Assembly: GCA_963691875.1 (NCBI GenBank)
Contig: OY829846.1
Location: forward strand, 2,048,001-2,112,000
Direction: 5' to 3'
Length of the DNA: 64,000 nt
DNA from: Aureliella sp.
GTDB lineage: Bacteria > Planctomycetota > Planctomycetia > Pirellulales > Pirellulaceae
The notes beneath the pieces were generated by a model. It was not told the DNA's origin, did no database searches, and saw only the letters and a program-made list of their open reading frames with translations. Positions 28,890-38,882 of this stretch are shown here, piece by piece; position 1 is the stretch's first letter; each line of letters begins with the position of its first letter. A program made the translations under genes and the position numbers.

Positions 28890-31364
28890 ATGGCGAATGA
28901 CAACAACAATCATCCTGAGAATCCGTCTGTAGATACAGAGACCAATTTGTCTGCCGAGCAGTTGGGACTGTCAGAAGCAGTGGCTGGAGAGAGTGCTTCT
29001 TCAATCATACTTTCGCAGTACGCAGCGACGGAAACCTCATCAATCGATACGACGACATTCGACGCGGGCACGATAGCAATCACGACATTCGCAACGCAGA
29101 CAACCGACGAAATGGTTGAACCTCAACCCCAAGAACTTGCCGAAATCGAAACGACCGAAGACGAGACTACCGAGGTTGAAACTGTCCAAGCTGAAACTGC
29201 CGAGGTAGAAACTGCTGAGGTAGAAACTGCTGAAGTCCGAGCAGAGTTGATAGGAACGGAGTCCGCGGAAGAAGTAACCGTTGAAGCAGAATCTGGTGAA
29301 ACAGAAGAAGCCGTGGAGAGTGTGGAAGCGGAATCCGCCGACGCTGAAGATCTCGAAGTAGCTCTAGCAGAACAACCCGAAACTCTCGCTGAGACAACGG
29401 AAGAAACAACGTCTACCGCGGAATCTCAAGGTGCTGAAGCAGCGGCGCCGCGAACTGAAGATCGTGCCCCCAAAGCGGAAGAAGAAAAGCCCAGCAAGAA
29501 AGACTCCGAAGCACTCTTCACCGATTTCGAATTGGACCGTCGAGTGGAATTGGCCGTGCAAGCTGCTGGCTACGTCAACCCGACTCCAGTGCAGCAGAAG
29601 ATCATTCCGCAGATGTTGGCCGGCCGCGATATCCTCGCCCAGTCTCAAACTGGAACTGGGAAGACAGCGGCATTCGCCCTGCCGATTCTCTCCAACCTGC
29701 AGCCCAAAGCTCGATTGCCTCAAGCTTTGATTTTGACTCCGACCCGCGAGTTGGCCACGCAAGTCGCCGAATCCTTCGAGACCTACGGTGCGAACTTGCC
29801 CAAGCTGCGAATCGCATCGATTTACGGCGGCACAGACTACGTGGGTCAACTCCGAGCCCTAAAACGCGGCGTTCAAGTCGTCGTTGGCACGCCAGGCCGA
29901 GTGATCGACCACTTGAATCGGGGCACTCTACAGCTCGACATGCTGCAGTGCGTCGTGCTCGACGAAGCCGATGAGATGCTCAACATGGGCTTCCAAGAAG
30001 ACGTCGAAAAGATCTTGGATCAAACGCCTGAAGAAAAGCAAATGACGCTGTTCTCGGCAACTATGCCTGAGCCAATCCAGCGCATCGCTGATCAACATCT
30101 CCACGATCCCTACAAGATTGTCGTTCGCAAAAAACAGCTGACCGCAGATTCCGTCGAACAGCGATGTGTATTCATCGAAAACAAGCAAAAGGTCGAATTG
30201 CTGGCTCGTTTGCTAGAGGTAGATGAATGCGATGGCGTAATCGTTTTTACCAAAACCAAAGACCAAACCATCTCGGTCTCCGAACACCTGACTGCACGCG
30301 GCTTCAAAGCGGCGGCACTCAATGGCGATCTTCCTCAGGCTCGTCGCGAACGTACGGTGGACCAACTCAAGGCTGGGAAGATCAACATTCTCGTCGCAAC
30401 CGATGTGGCTGCTCGCGGGCTGGACGTGCAGCGTGTGAGTCACGTCATCAATTTCGATTTGCCGCACGACAGCGAGTCATACGTGCATCGCATTGGCCGA
30501 ACGGGACGAGCTGGCCGAAGCGGGATAGCTTATATCTTCCTCAACGAGCGTGAGCGAGGCAAACTTCGGCTCATTGAGCGAGCAACCAAAAAGACGATCC
30601 AAATCGTCGAGCCTCCTTCCTCAGAGCAGTTGAGCGCGGCTCGTATTGCGGCCTTCAAAGAAACAGTGCTCAAGCACGTTGATGCCGACGAAGTAGAGCT
30701 TTACCAGCAGATTCTGACCGAGCTTGTCAATGAATCAGGACAGGACTTGGAGACCATCGCAGCGGGTATGGCTCACATGGCACGAGGTGGGCGACCTCTG
30801 GTTGCTCAGCCGCTAGAGAGTCCGAGACCTCGAGAACGCCGTGGTCGTGATCGTTTCGAGGATGGACGCAGAGACCGTCGTGACGCTCGTCCGCAGCGCG
30901 GTCGCAATAGAGAAGGCGACTTCAACCGTCGCGGACCTCGCCCTGTCGAATCTGGCATGCAACGATTCTGGATCGGCGTCGGTAGAGAAGATGGTGTTCG
31001 CCCAGGCAACATCGTCGGCGCGGTGGCCAACGAAGCCGGGATTCCTGGATCGGACATCGGTCCTATTCAGATTCGCGATCACTTTTCTACGATCGACTTG
31101 CCTGCGGAAGCCGCCCAAGCTGCTTTGCAAACACTGCAGCACACCTGGGTTAGCGGTAAACAGCTGAAGATTCGGGTCTTCGAAGAACGCGGGAACGACT
31201 CGCGCACATTCAAGGACCGCAAGCCTCGCAAGTTTTCCGGTGGCGATTCTTTCGCTCGTGGAAAGAAGCCGGGCGGGAAAAAGAACTTTGGCAAAAAGCC
31301 GTTCGCCAAGAAGCCTGGCGGCAAAAAGTCCTTCAGCAAGAAGCCATCGCGCAAGAAAGGTTAG
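28890..31364 (+). CDS. deaD: DEAD-box RNA helicase (DeaD/CsdA-like) with an acidic N-terminal extension
   Basis: QTGTGKT, PTRELA, DEADEM, SAT, HRIGRTGR, and a DbpA-type RNA-binding domain (PGNIVGAVANE). Confidence 0.93.
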   Translation: MANDNNNHPENPSVDTETNLSAEQLGLSEAVAGESASSIILSQYAATETSSIDTTTFDAGTIAITTFATQTTDEMVEPQPQELAEIETTEDETTEVETVQAETAEVETAEVETAEVRAELIGTESAEEVTVEAESGETEEAVESVEAESADAEDLEVALAEQPETLAETTEETTSTAESQGAEAAAPRTEDRAPKAEEEKPSKKDSEALFTDFELDRRVELAVQAAGYVNPTPVQQKIIPQMLAGRDILAQSQTGTGKTAAFALPILSNLQPKARLPQALILTPTRELATQVAESFETYGANLPKLRIASIYGGTDYVGQLRALKRGVQVVVGTPGRVIDHLNRGTLQLDMLQCVVLDEADEMLNMGFQEDVEKILDQTPEEKQMTLFSATMPEPIQRIADQHLHDPYKIVVRKKQLTADSVEQRCVFIENKQKVELLARLLEVDECDGVIVFTKTKDQTISVSEHLTARGFKAAALNGDLPQARRERTVDQLKAGKINILVATDVAARGLDVQRVSHVINFDLPHDSESYVHRIGRTGRAGRSGIAYIFLNERERGKLRLIERATKKTIQIVEPPSSEQLSAARIAAFKETVLKHVDADEVELYQQILTELVNESGQDLETIAAGMAHMARGGRPLVAQPLESPRPRERRGRDRFEDGRRDRRDARPQRGRNREGDFNRRGPRPVESGMQRFWIGVGREDGVRPGNIVGAVANEAGIPGSDIGPIQIRDHFSTIDLPAEAAQAALQTLQHTWVSGKQLKIRVFEERGNDSRTFKDRKPRKFSGGDSFARGKKPGGKKNFGKKPFAKKPGGKKSFSKKPSRKKG

Positions 31365-31460
31365 TTGGATTTTCAACACGATTTGATCCCGTTGCAGCCA
31401 TTCTTGCGGATCGGCGACGCATTGGAACGTGAAGAACCAGCGCCGCCGCTCGCGGCCCGA

Positions 31461-31498
31461 TAGCCGGACTCTCCCTCGAGAACCGCTACGCGGGAGGG
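31461..31498. repeat. Dispersed CTCTCCC..GGGAGGG hairpin repeat
   Basis: TAGCCGGACTCTCCC..GCGGGAGGG is shared with 41471-41498; it lies between convergent genes. Confidence 0.6.
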
Positions 31499-31544
31499 AG
31501 AGCAAGTACGCTATCGGTGTCGGGCCCAAGCCGGGTGACGACGT

Positions 31545-33725
31545 CTATACCGTCTCACTCAGTACCAACGACTGAAAGACTTGCTCGGCAGCAACGCTTG
31601 GCTGATGGCTCTTGGCGATGCGAATCTGCATTTGCGTCGACCAACGACCTTCGGCATCTCCACGAACTAGCCAGTGCGGCATGACGCAGACGGATTGATG
31701 GACAGCCTCAAAACCAGCTTCACTCTGGCTCACCGTCTCAATCGGGAAAGCCCAGATGTTGGAAGGACGATTGAGTCCAACCAGCACATCGATTCCTTGC
31801 CACTGATCGATGAAGCCTAGGTGGCGCGTGCCATGCAAGTCGAGTTGCGTGCCTAAGTGGCCGAGCTGCTCACCGGCGCTATTGTAAAAGAAGCGATCAT
31901 CGGCACCTGCGGGCATTCCGGCAAAATTCCATTCCAGTGCAAGGTGTAGTTCGCGATCTTGCGGCAAGCCCTCAACTAGGTAGGTGATACCTAGCTTGGA
32001 ACTGCCAGACTCGAGCGTCAATGCCTTCGTGATGCGGAGAGGAATTCCCCAAGCGTTTCCGTCACGGCTGAGTTGCAATTGAACTTTGGTTGCCGAGCGC
32101 CGGAGCTTGGCTTCAAAGGGCTGGGCGACAAAATCGCCGCGTTCCAGTGCGTCGCCACGCGCGACAGCTTCGCTGGAGACGTCGTTGTCATAGAAGTGCT
32201 CAAGGAAGCTCTTGCGTGGGAAACGATCGTACTGCAGTCGCTCTTCCAAGCCGTCTTGCTTGAAGACAACCAAGTCGTGAATGCTGGAAACTTCCTCTTG
32301 GGACTGCGCGCTTCCTTGTCGCACTTTAGCGTGATAAGCCTCAGGGCGTCTTTGAATCGTCGCCAGCAAGTTGTGGACGGCATCGCGGACGTCTAACTCG
32401 TACATCATCCCACCTTGACTAGGCGCGATGTAGGCAATCAATTTGTCGTTAGACATGCGGACTTCGGGATGTTGATCGAGGTCGAAGTCATCACTCGATG
32501 CCTCGACAAACTCGCCCGCTCCGTGCTCGAGGTAATCGAGCTTGTTGTCCGCCGCGATCAGCTCGCGATAGATTGCGTTTCTCAGGTGCGGTAAGTAGAT
32601 TCCGCCAAACGCTCCGTGCCAGTACGGACAATTGCACTGACCGCGGTAAAGGTGATCTTCAATCTGACCAAGCAATTCTCCGTCGCCACAGCTCCGACGC
32701 GTCGACTCAAGCTTACGACTGACCTGCAGCATGCGTGAGTACATCTCGTTGGCTTCGGTGTATCGGACCTTGAAGTTCCGCCAATTGCCGCCCCGGAAAA
32801 ACCGCGACATTTCCTCCCATCGCGGATGATCTTGGAGGTCGTGCGCTAAATCGTCAAACAAGACTTGCTGTGGTGTCGGCAGGGCCCATTCCGTCATCTC
32901 ACGATAGCTGCACTCCGGCAAGTAAACTTTGCCAAGCGCCGGTTGCTTTTGAGCAACATTACCCAACGCCTCTGTTTTCAGCCATTCTTGATTTTCGGTC
33001 AAAGCGTCGAAAAACTTCCGCAGCCAACCATCCTGGTACACATGCTCTTTGGTGTTTGGCCAGGTTCCGAATTTCTCGCCATCGTCCCCGAACACGAGGA
33101 TCGCGCCCGGGTGACGTTCTGCAACTTCGCGAGCGTAGGCTATCGTGTCTTCTGGCGGTGCGAAAGGCAGCAGATAGCGGAGTTTTTCACTGCCTGGGTA
33201 AACTCGCAGCAAACTTCCGTCTTCTTCAGTCAGATACCCGCCAAAGAGATCTTGATCGGCCCATCCGGCGGCTTTGAAATGAAAATCATCGAGCACTGTG
33301 TAATCGATACCCGCCCGAGCGATATCTGGCGTTAGACCACTTTCCCAAACCCTTTCCGGCATCCACATCCCGTGGATCTGCGTCTGGAACAACCGGTTGA
33401 GATACGAGCTATAAGCTTGAATCTGCCCAACTCGATCACGGCTGGGAAGCATCGTCAGAATCGGCTCGTAAATGGGACCTCCCAGAATCTCGATCCGTCC
33501 CGCAGCAACTAGCATTCGTACGCGTTCAATGTACTCTGGGTGGTTTGCTTCCAACCATTGCATCAAGGGGCCAGAAGTGTGCAGCGAGATTCTGAGTGCA
33601 TCGTAGCCTTCGAAGACATCTAGAAACGGCAGATAGCTGTCTTGATACGCCTGCTCGAAAACGCCATCAAAATTACCGATGGGTTGATGGTTATGTAAAA
33701 CCAAGCACAAACTGACGTGATTCAT
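31545..33725 (-). CDS. GH57 alpha-amylase/4-alpha-glucanotransferase
   Basis: HNHQPIGN, GMWMPERVWE, FGDDGEKFG, YWHGAFGG, SQSEAGFE. Confidence 0.93.
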   Translation of the reverse strand: MNHVSLCLVLHNHQPIGNFDGVFEQAYQDSYLPFLDVFEGYDALRISLHTSGPLMQWLEANHPEYIERVRMLVAAGRIEILGGPIYEPILTMLPSRDRVGQIQAYSSYLNRLFQTQIHGMWMPERVWESGLTPDIARAGIDYTVLDDFHFKAAGWADQDLFGGYLTEEDGSLLRVYPGSEKLRYLLPFAPPEDTIAYAREVAERHPGAILVFGDDGEKFGTWPNTKEHVYQDGWLRKFFDALTENQEWLKTEALGNVAQKQPALGKVYLPECSYREMTEWALPTPQQVLFDDLAHDLQDHPRWEEMSRFFRGGNWRNFKVRYTEANEMYSRMLQVSRKLESTRRSCGDGELLGQIEDHLYRGQCNCPYWHGAFGGIYLPHLRNAIYRELIAADNKLDYLEHGAGEFVEASSDDFDLDQHPEVRMSNDKLIAYIAPSQGGMMYELDVRDAVHNLLATIQRRPEAYHAKVRQGSAQSQEEVSSIHDLVVFKQDGLEERLQYDRFPRKSFLEHFYDNDVSSEAVARGDALERGDFVAQPFEAKLRRSATKVQLQLSRDGNAWGIPLRITKALTLESGSSKLGITYLVEGLPQDRELHLALEWNFAGMPAGADDRFFYNSAGEQLGHLGTQLDLHGTRHLGFIDQWQGIDVLVGLNRPSNIWAFPIETVSQSEAGFEAVHQSVCVMPHWLVRGDAEGRWSTQMQIRIAKSHQPSVAAEQVFQSLVLSETV

Positions 33726-34057
33726 GACTGTCTCAGATGGGTAAGTGAGTGTGCTACTTCTTGGGCGTCGAACAGTTTGCAAAAATGTGACTTGAGCGAA
33801 ACTATAACGGCCTGAGGGATTTTTCTGCCCACTTCGTATCGGCAAGCTATTCGGAGAAAGTAAGCTTTTCCGGGCAATTATCTGCGTCTTTGCCTTCGTA
33901 CAAATCGCTTGTGACGCTTGCAGCGGTAAACAGCAGATTGTCTAGAAACTAAAATGCATCCGCGCACCTGCCAAGCGATTCCGAGTCGGATCGCATGCTT
34001 TGTTTCGAGATAAGGCTGGAGACGACCAAATTCATCAAAATTTCATCAGCACGAAGA

Positions 34058-34966
34058 ATGATTCCAAAGCAAAAACTTGGCGAAACGGGACTGGAAGCGA
34101 CTCGGCTTGGCTACGGCAGCATGGGGCTCCGAGGGCCGAATACTTGGGGAGTTCGCGTTGTCGATGATGAACAATCCGACAGCTTTCTGAACCTGGTGCT
34201 CGACTCAGGAATCAATTTTATCGACACGGCTCCAGCTTACGGTGTCGCCGAGGAGCGGATTGGGCGAGCCATCTCGCATCGACGGGAAGAGTTCTACATT
34301 GCAACGAAGTGCGGCTGTGAGTACGTCCAGCACGAAGATTGTTTAGAGCTCAAGTTCACGATGAAGCCGGAAGTGGTGAAGCGCGACATTGAAACCAGTC
34401 TGCGAAGGATGAAGACTGATTACATCGACTTGCTGCAGTTTCATGGCGGAGATGCTGAGACGCTTGAGCGAGAAGGTCTGATTGACGTGGTACAAAACTT
34501 CAAAGCCCAGGGATTGATTCGCCACATCGGAATCTCAAGTAAAGGCAAGGAACTTGGGGAGCTGCTTGCGATGGATGTCTTTGAGGTATTCCAAGTACCC
34601 TACTCTTGCTTAGCTCCTCAAGAGGAATCTACGATGTCCGTGATAGCAGATACTGGAGCTGGTATCATTGTTCGAGGCGGAGTGGCACACGGTGGCCCCG
34701 ATGCAGAGATCGAAAGACCACTCTTGAATCAAATATGGGAAGAATCAAAGCTCGACGAGCTGGTTCCACCAGAAAACACGAAAGCACAATTCATCCTACG
34801 ACACACCTTGAGCAATTCTCATGCCGGAACGATCATTGTTGGGACATGTAATCCCGACCACATGAAAGAGAACATTGCAGCAGTCGAAAGCGGACCACTT
34901 TCGGAGTCTCTGACTCAAGAGGTCAATCGGCGTGTCAAAGAGTTTAACAGTGAGAAATATGGTTAG
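34058..34966 (+). CDS. Aldo/keto reductase
   Basis: LG.TGL..TRLGYG, GINFIDTAPAYG, IATKCG, SLRRMKTDYIDLLQFH. Confidence 0.93.
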   Translation: MIPKQKLGETGLEATRLGYGSMGLRGPNTWGVRVVDDEQSDSFLNLVLDSGINFIDTAPAYGVAEERIGRAISHRREEFYIATKCGCEYVQHEDCLELKFTMKPEVVKRDIETSLRRMKTDYIDLLQFHGGDAETLEREGLIDVVQNFKAQGLIRHIGISSKGKELGELLAMDVFEVFQVPYSCLAPQEESTMSVIADTGAGIIVRGGVAHGGPDAEIERPLLNQIWEESKLDELVPPENTKAQFILRHTLSNSHAGTIIVGTCNPDHMKENIAAVESGPLSESLTQEVNRRVKEFNSEKYG

Positions 34967-36410
34967 TTACTTCTCGACGTTCGTCCGAGGCAAGTCTTCC
35001 GTCTCGCATTTCTGCCGCAACGCGTCCATCGCCGCCTTCCTTTTACTGTTGATTTATCAGGGGCGAGCGATTTCCCAAGCTCAGGAGAGCGAGTCCCCCA
35101 ACATTGTCTTGATCATGGCCGATGACCTAGGCTGGAAAGATCTGCATTGCTATGGAAATGAGCACGTCGATACACCCGTGCTAGACAAACTTGCCCGCGC
35201 CGGCATACTCTTCACCGATGCTTACGCCGCGGCCCCGGTTTGCACTCCCACTCGGGCCGCCTTGATGACCGGAGAGTCACCAGCTCGATTGCAAATAACA
35301 AATCACGCTCCTGGTCACGCCCCAGGATTTCAGAAGGAAGGCACTACACTTCAAACACCTGCTTGGAAACGTTATTTGCCTTTAAAGCGAGTTACCCTCG
35401 CAGAGCAGCTCAAAGAGGCGGGTTATACAACGGCCTTTGTTGGCAAGTGGCATCTTTCTTATCGCAAAAAGAAAGACGGAACGCCAACAGAACCTTCACT
35501 GCGACCTGAACACCAGGGCTTCGACGTGAACATTGGCGGCTGCGACTATGGCGGGCCGCCGAGTTATTTCGCACCGTTCCGCAACCCGGCCATGGATGAT
35601 GGCAAAGAACCATATCTACCCGAGAGATGTGCTGACGAATGCGTGGAATTCATGCGTGAATCCAAGAGTCGGAGCCAGCCCTTCTTCTTGTGTTGGTGGA
35701 ATTATTCGGTTCACTATCCTTTCCAAGCACCGGATAAGCTAATCACCAAGTACGAAGAGCGAAACAAGTCGCTGGGCGGTAAGATCCAGAATCCAACTTA
35801 TGCTGCTATGATCGAAGGGATGGATCGTTCGATCGGAACGGTGCTTGAAGGCTTAAAGCAAATGGAGCTAGAGAAGGATACGTTGGTGATTTTCACTTCG
35901 GACAACGGTCCCTTTGCGGCCGATGTGCGTCCACTGCGCGGCGAAAAAGGTTACTTATACGAGGGCGGCATCCGAGTTCCTCTGATGATTCGCTGGCCGG
36001 GGAAGATAAGTCCGAAGCAAACGAGTGCATCGCCAGTCAGCACAATGGATCTTCACCGTACCATTCTGGATGCCGTCAACGTAAACCCCGATTCTAGCAA
36101 TGCACAGGACGGCGTCTCATTGCTACCTATGCTGATTGGTGGAGAGGAGCTGCAGCGCACAAGTCTCTTTTTCCACTATCCGAACTATGCCTTCCACAAG
36201 AAGAATCGCATGGCAAGTGCAATTCGCCGCGGGGAATACAAACTACTGCGGTTCTATGACGATGGCTCTCGGGAGTTGTACGATCTTTCAACCGATATTT
36301 CAGAAAAAGAAAATTTGATGGAAAAAGAGCCAGCTTTGGCGGATTCTATGTCACAGGAGCTAGACGACTGGCTTGAAGAAGTCAGGGCTCAACTGCCTCA
36401 GCATCAATGA
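34959..36410 (+). CDS. Sulfatase
   Basis: PNIVLIMADD; CTPTRAALMTG; GKWHL; SDNG; YEGGIRVP. Confidence 0.95.
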   Translation: MVSYFSTFVRGKSSVSHFCRNASIAAFLLLLIYQGRAISQAQESESPNIVLIMADDLGWKDLHCYGNEHVDTPVLDKLARAGILFTDAYAAAPVCTPTRAALMTGESPARLQITNHAPGHAPGFQKEGTTLQTPAWKRYLPLKRVTLAEQLKEAGYTTAFVGKWHLSYRKKKDGTPTEPSLRPEHQGFDVNIGGCDYGGPPSYFAPFRNPAMDDGKEPYLPERCADECVEFMRESKSRSQPFFLCWWNYSVHYPFQAPDKLITKYEERNKSLGGKIQNPTYAAMIEGMDRSIGTVLEGLKQMELEKDTLVIFTSDNGPFAADVRPLRGEKGYLYEGGIRVPLMIRWPGKISPKQTSASPVSTMDLHRTILDAVNVNPDSSNAQDGVSLLPMLIGGEELQRTSLFFHYPNYAFHKKNRMASAIRRGEYKLLRFYDDGSRELYDLSTDISEKENLMEKEPALADSMSQELDDWLEEVRAQLPQHQ

Positions 36411-36672
36411 TCCCGCTGCGAAATTCGCGGGGGATCTGTCGAATTGAGCTGGAACAGGCCTCCTGCAAGTCATGCGAGCAACTAGGGAGATCCTTTTTCT
36501 CGCCTACGCTTCGGGTTGTGATTTGTCACGTTTTGACTTCTGATCAGTCACACTTCCCGCATGCCGGCGAAATGATTACAGCACATGCGAAACCAACAAA
36601 GCCGAGTGTCATGACGCTCACACATGAAAAATTTTTGCGTGCAAGATGAAGGCTTAAATCGTTTTCAAATCT

Positions 36673-37212
36673 ATGAATGAGCAAAACCCATTTTCTCCTC
36701 CAGCTACAGAATTAGGGTCACATCTGCCTGATCCAGACAGAGCTGCGATGTTGCGATTACGTTGGACTCTGGTGTTGTTACTTCCAGGAGCGATTCTCAA
36801 TGCTGTGGTTTGGGATATCAAACTGGTTCATGACACTCCCTTCGTGTGGTTGATGCGGGCTGGCAATGTATTGCTGTTCTTGTTCGGCGTTATTGCGATC
36901 TGGTTCTTTGCCTTGCCTGCCTTAAGGTTTGTTGTCTCGATCATTCATCGGTTGCGAGGACGCAGTACTTTCGACCGCTGGAATGACTGCCTGCTTGAGT
37001 CTTTCCGTCGTTTGCCGCTTTGGGCTGCTCCGGGCTGTGTCTTGTGGTTGATTTGGAGCAGCGTTTTCTTCGCTCAGATTGACGAGCCTGGCTTCGGTCT
37101 CACTACCTTTCTGCTTGCATCAGCCGCGCATCTGCTAGCTGCCTGCTGGTATTTGCCGCTTGTTATAAGGCTAATTCAGATCGAACGCGCTGCTCGCGTT
37201 GCGAGAGATTGA
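36673..37212 (+). CDS. Hypothetical 4-TM membrane protein
   Basis: NPFSPP N-terminal motif common in planctomycete membrane proteins; four hydrophobic segments. Confidence 0.7.
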   Translation: MNEQNPFSPPATELGSHLPDPDRAAMLRLRWTLVLLLPGAILNAVVWDIKLVHDTPFVWLMRAGNVLLFLFGVIAIWFFALPALRFVVSIIHRLRGRSTFDRWNDCLLESFRRLPLWAAPGCVLWLIWSSVFFAQIDEPGFGLTTFLLASAAHLLAACWYLPLVIRLIQIERAARVARD

Positions 37213-37309
37213 ACTTGCCATGAATCAATTGATGCCGACAAGCACCTCACGGGTCTCATCATTGGTGGTAGAATAGGAGTCGCCCCTCAAGCTGACTTCC
37301 CGCGAGACC

Positions 37310-38275
37310 ATGTCGATGAATGTGCGCAGAGAATTCTTAACCGGCGCAGGTGCCCTTTCACTTGTCCCTTTAACCGCCGCCGTTGGTAAAGGTGCCCCCA
37401 CTGCTTCCCGCGATATCCCAGGCCCACGCCAGACTCAACCGATTGTATTGTCGACGTATTCTCTTTGGCGATTCCGCAACGACGACCTCCGAGACTTCGA
37501 CAAGTGCATTGACTTGGCCGATGAATTTGGTTTCGACGGCGTGGAGCTGTTGCTTTATCAGCTAGAACAGAATGAACTGCTCAGTCATTCAAAACTGATG
37601 AGCTACAAGCGTCGTGCGCTCTCATTGGGTTTACCCTTGGTTGGCATGTCCACACACCAAGGCTTTGTGACGCCAGATCGTGAGAAACGCAAGCACAACA
37701 TAGACCGCACGATTGGCCAAATCGAGATGGCGTACAAGCTAGGAATTCCCGCAATGCGAGTGAATACCGGCCGCTGGGGAACCTCTGGTAGCTTCGATGT
37801 GCTAATGAAGAATCGCGGAATCGAGCCGCCGCTGGAGGGCTACACCGACGAAGATGCGTATCCTTGGGTGATTGAGGCACTTGAGGCATGCATTCCGACA
37901 GCAGAGAAGTGCGGTGTGGTGATGGCACTCGAGAACCACTGGGGCCTAGGTCTCACACCGGAAGGCATATTGCGAATTGTGAACGCAGTGGATTCGCCAT
38001 GGTTGCAAATCACGACGGACACAGGAAATTTCTTGGAAGATCCCTACGAGCGATTAGAGAAGATCGCGCCCCAAACGATTTTTGTTCAAGCCAAGACGTA
38101 CTATGGCGGCGGCCAATGGTATTCTCTCGATCTGGACTATCCCCGTATCGGTAAGATCCTGCAGAAGCACAACTACCGCGGATACATTTCGCTCGAGTTC
38201 GAGGGCATGGAGGATTATCGCACCGCCATTCCAAAGAGCTTAGAGTTGATGCGGAACGTCTTTCCACGCGTTTGA
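37310..38275 (+). CDS. Sugar phosphate isomerase/epimerase (AP-endonuclease-2 TIM barrel), Tat-exported
   Basis: RREFL Tat signal; FDGVE; ALENH; DTGN; SLEFEG. Confidence 0.9.
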   Translation: MSMNVRREFLTGAGALSLVPLTAAVGKGAPTASRDIPGPRQTQPIVLSTYSLWRFRNDDLRDFDKCIDLADEFGFDGVELLLYQLEQNELLSHSKLMSYKRRALSLGLPLVGMSTHQGFVTPDREKRKHNIDRTIGQIEMAYKLGIPAMRVNTGRWGTSGSFDVLMKNRGIEPPLEGYTDEDAYPWVIEALEACIPTAEKCGVVMALENHWGLGLTPEGILRIVNAVDSPWLQITTDTGNFLEDPYERLEKIAPQTIFVQAKTYYGGGQWYSLDLDYPRIGKILQKHNYRGYISLEFEGMEDYRTAIPKSLELMRNVFPRV

Positions 38276-38313
38276 TGCAGTTTCCAGATTTCATAGTTGA
38301 ATAGGAATTCCCT

Positions 38314-38823
38314 TTGAATTTTCAAATTGAGCAACAAAAACGCAGCAGTTCCAGCTGTATGACCTGGGCGTTGATACTTGGCGGACTTTTGGTCTGCGTT
38401 GTTGTCCTGCCACTTGTCTGTTGTGGAGGATTGGGCTATTTCGCATTCGACTATATGACCGCGCCCATGCAGGCAACAGCCGAGGAGCTTGAACAAAACG
38501 AAGAGGTAGTCGAACGCCTTGGGACACCGATTGAAGTTAGCTACCAGGAGATGCAGATTCGCAATTTCAAGAGCAACGACGGAAATGGCTCGGCTGAAAT
38601 AGAAGCGACTTTCACGGGCCCCGAGGGTAGTGCGAGGGTGAAGGCGAAGCTGGACCAGCAAGATGAAGAGTGGTCAGTCAACGGATGGGAAGCAACTTTT
38701 CCAGACGATACCGTTCTCAAAGGTGGTAACGACTTTACTCCCGCTTCGGAAGGAATAGAGCCTCCAGCCGAAGTTGAGTCTGGAACAGAGCCTGAGACTG
38801 GGGATGAAGAAGTCACCCCTTAG
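38314..38823 (+). CDS. Coa1-like domain membrane protein
   Basis: TM with CCGG, then EVVERLGTPI..GSAEI..TGPEGSA. Confidence 0.65.
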   Translation: MNFQIEQQKRSSSSCMTWALILGGLLVCVVVLPLVCCGGLGYFAFDYMTAPMQATAEELEQNEEVVERLGTPIEVSYQEMQIRNFKSNDGNGSAEIEATFTGPEGSARVKAKLDQQDEEWSVNGWEATFPDDTVLKGGNDFTPASEGIEPPAEVESGTEPETGDEEVTP

Positions 38824-38882
38824 CAAGGAGGGCTGGTTAAGGTGCGCTAATTGTTGCTTCTTGAAGACTGTTGCGGCAGAAA

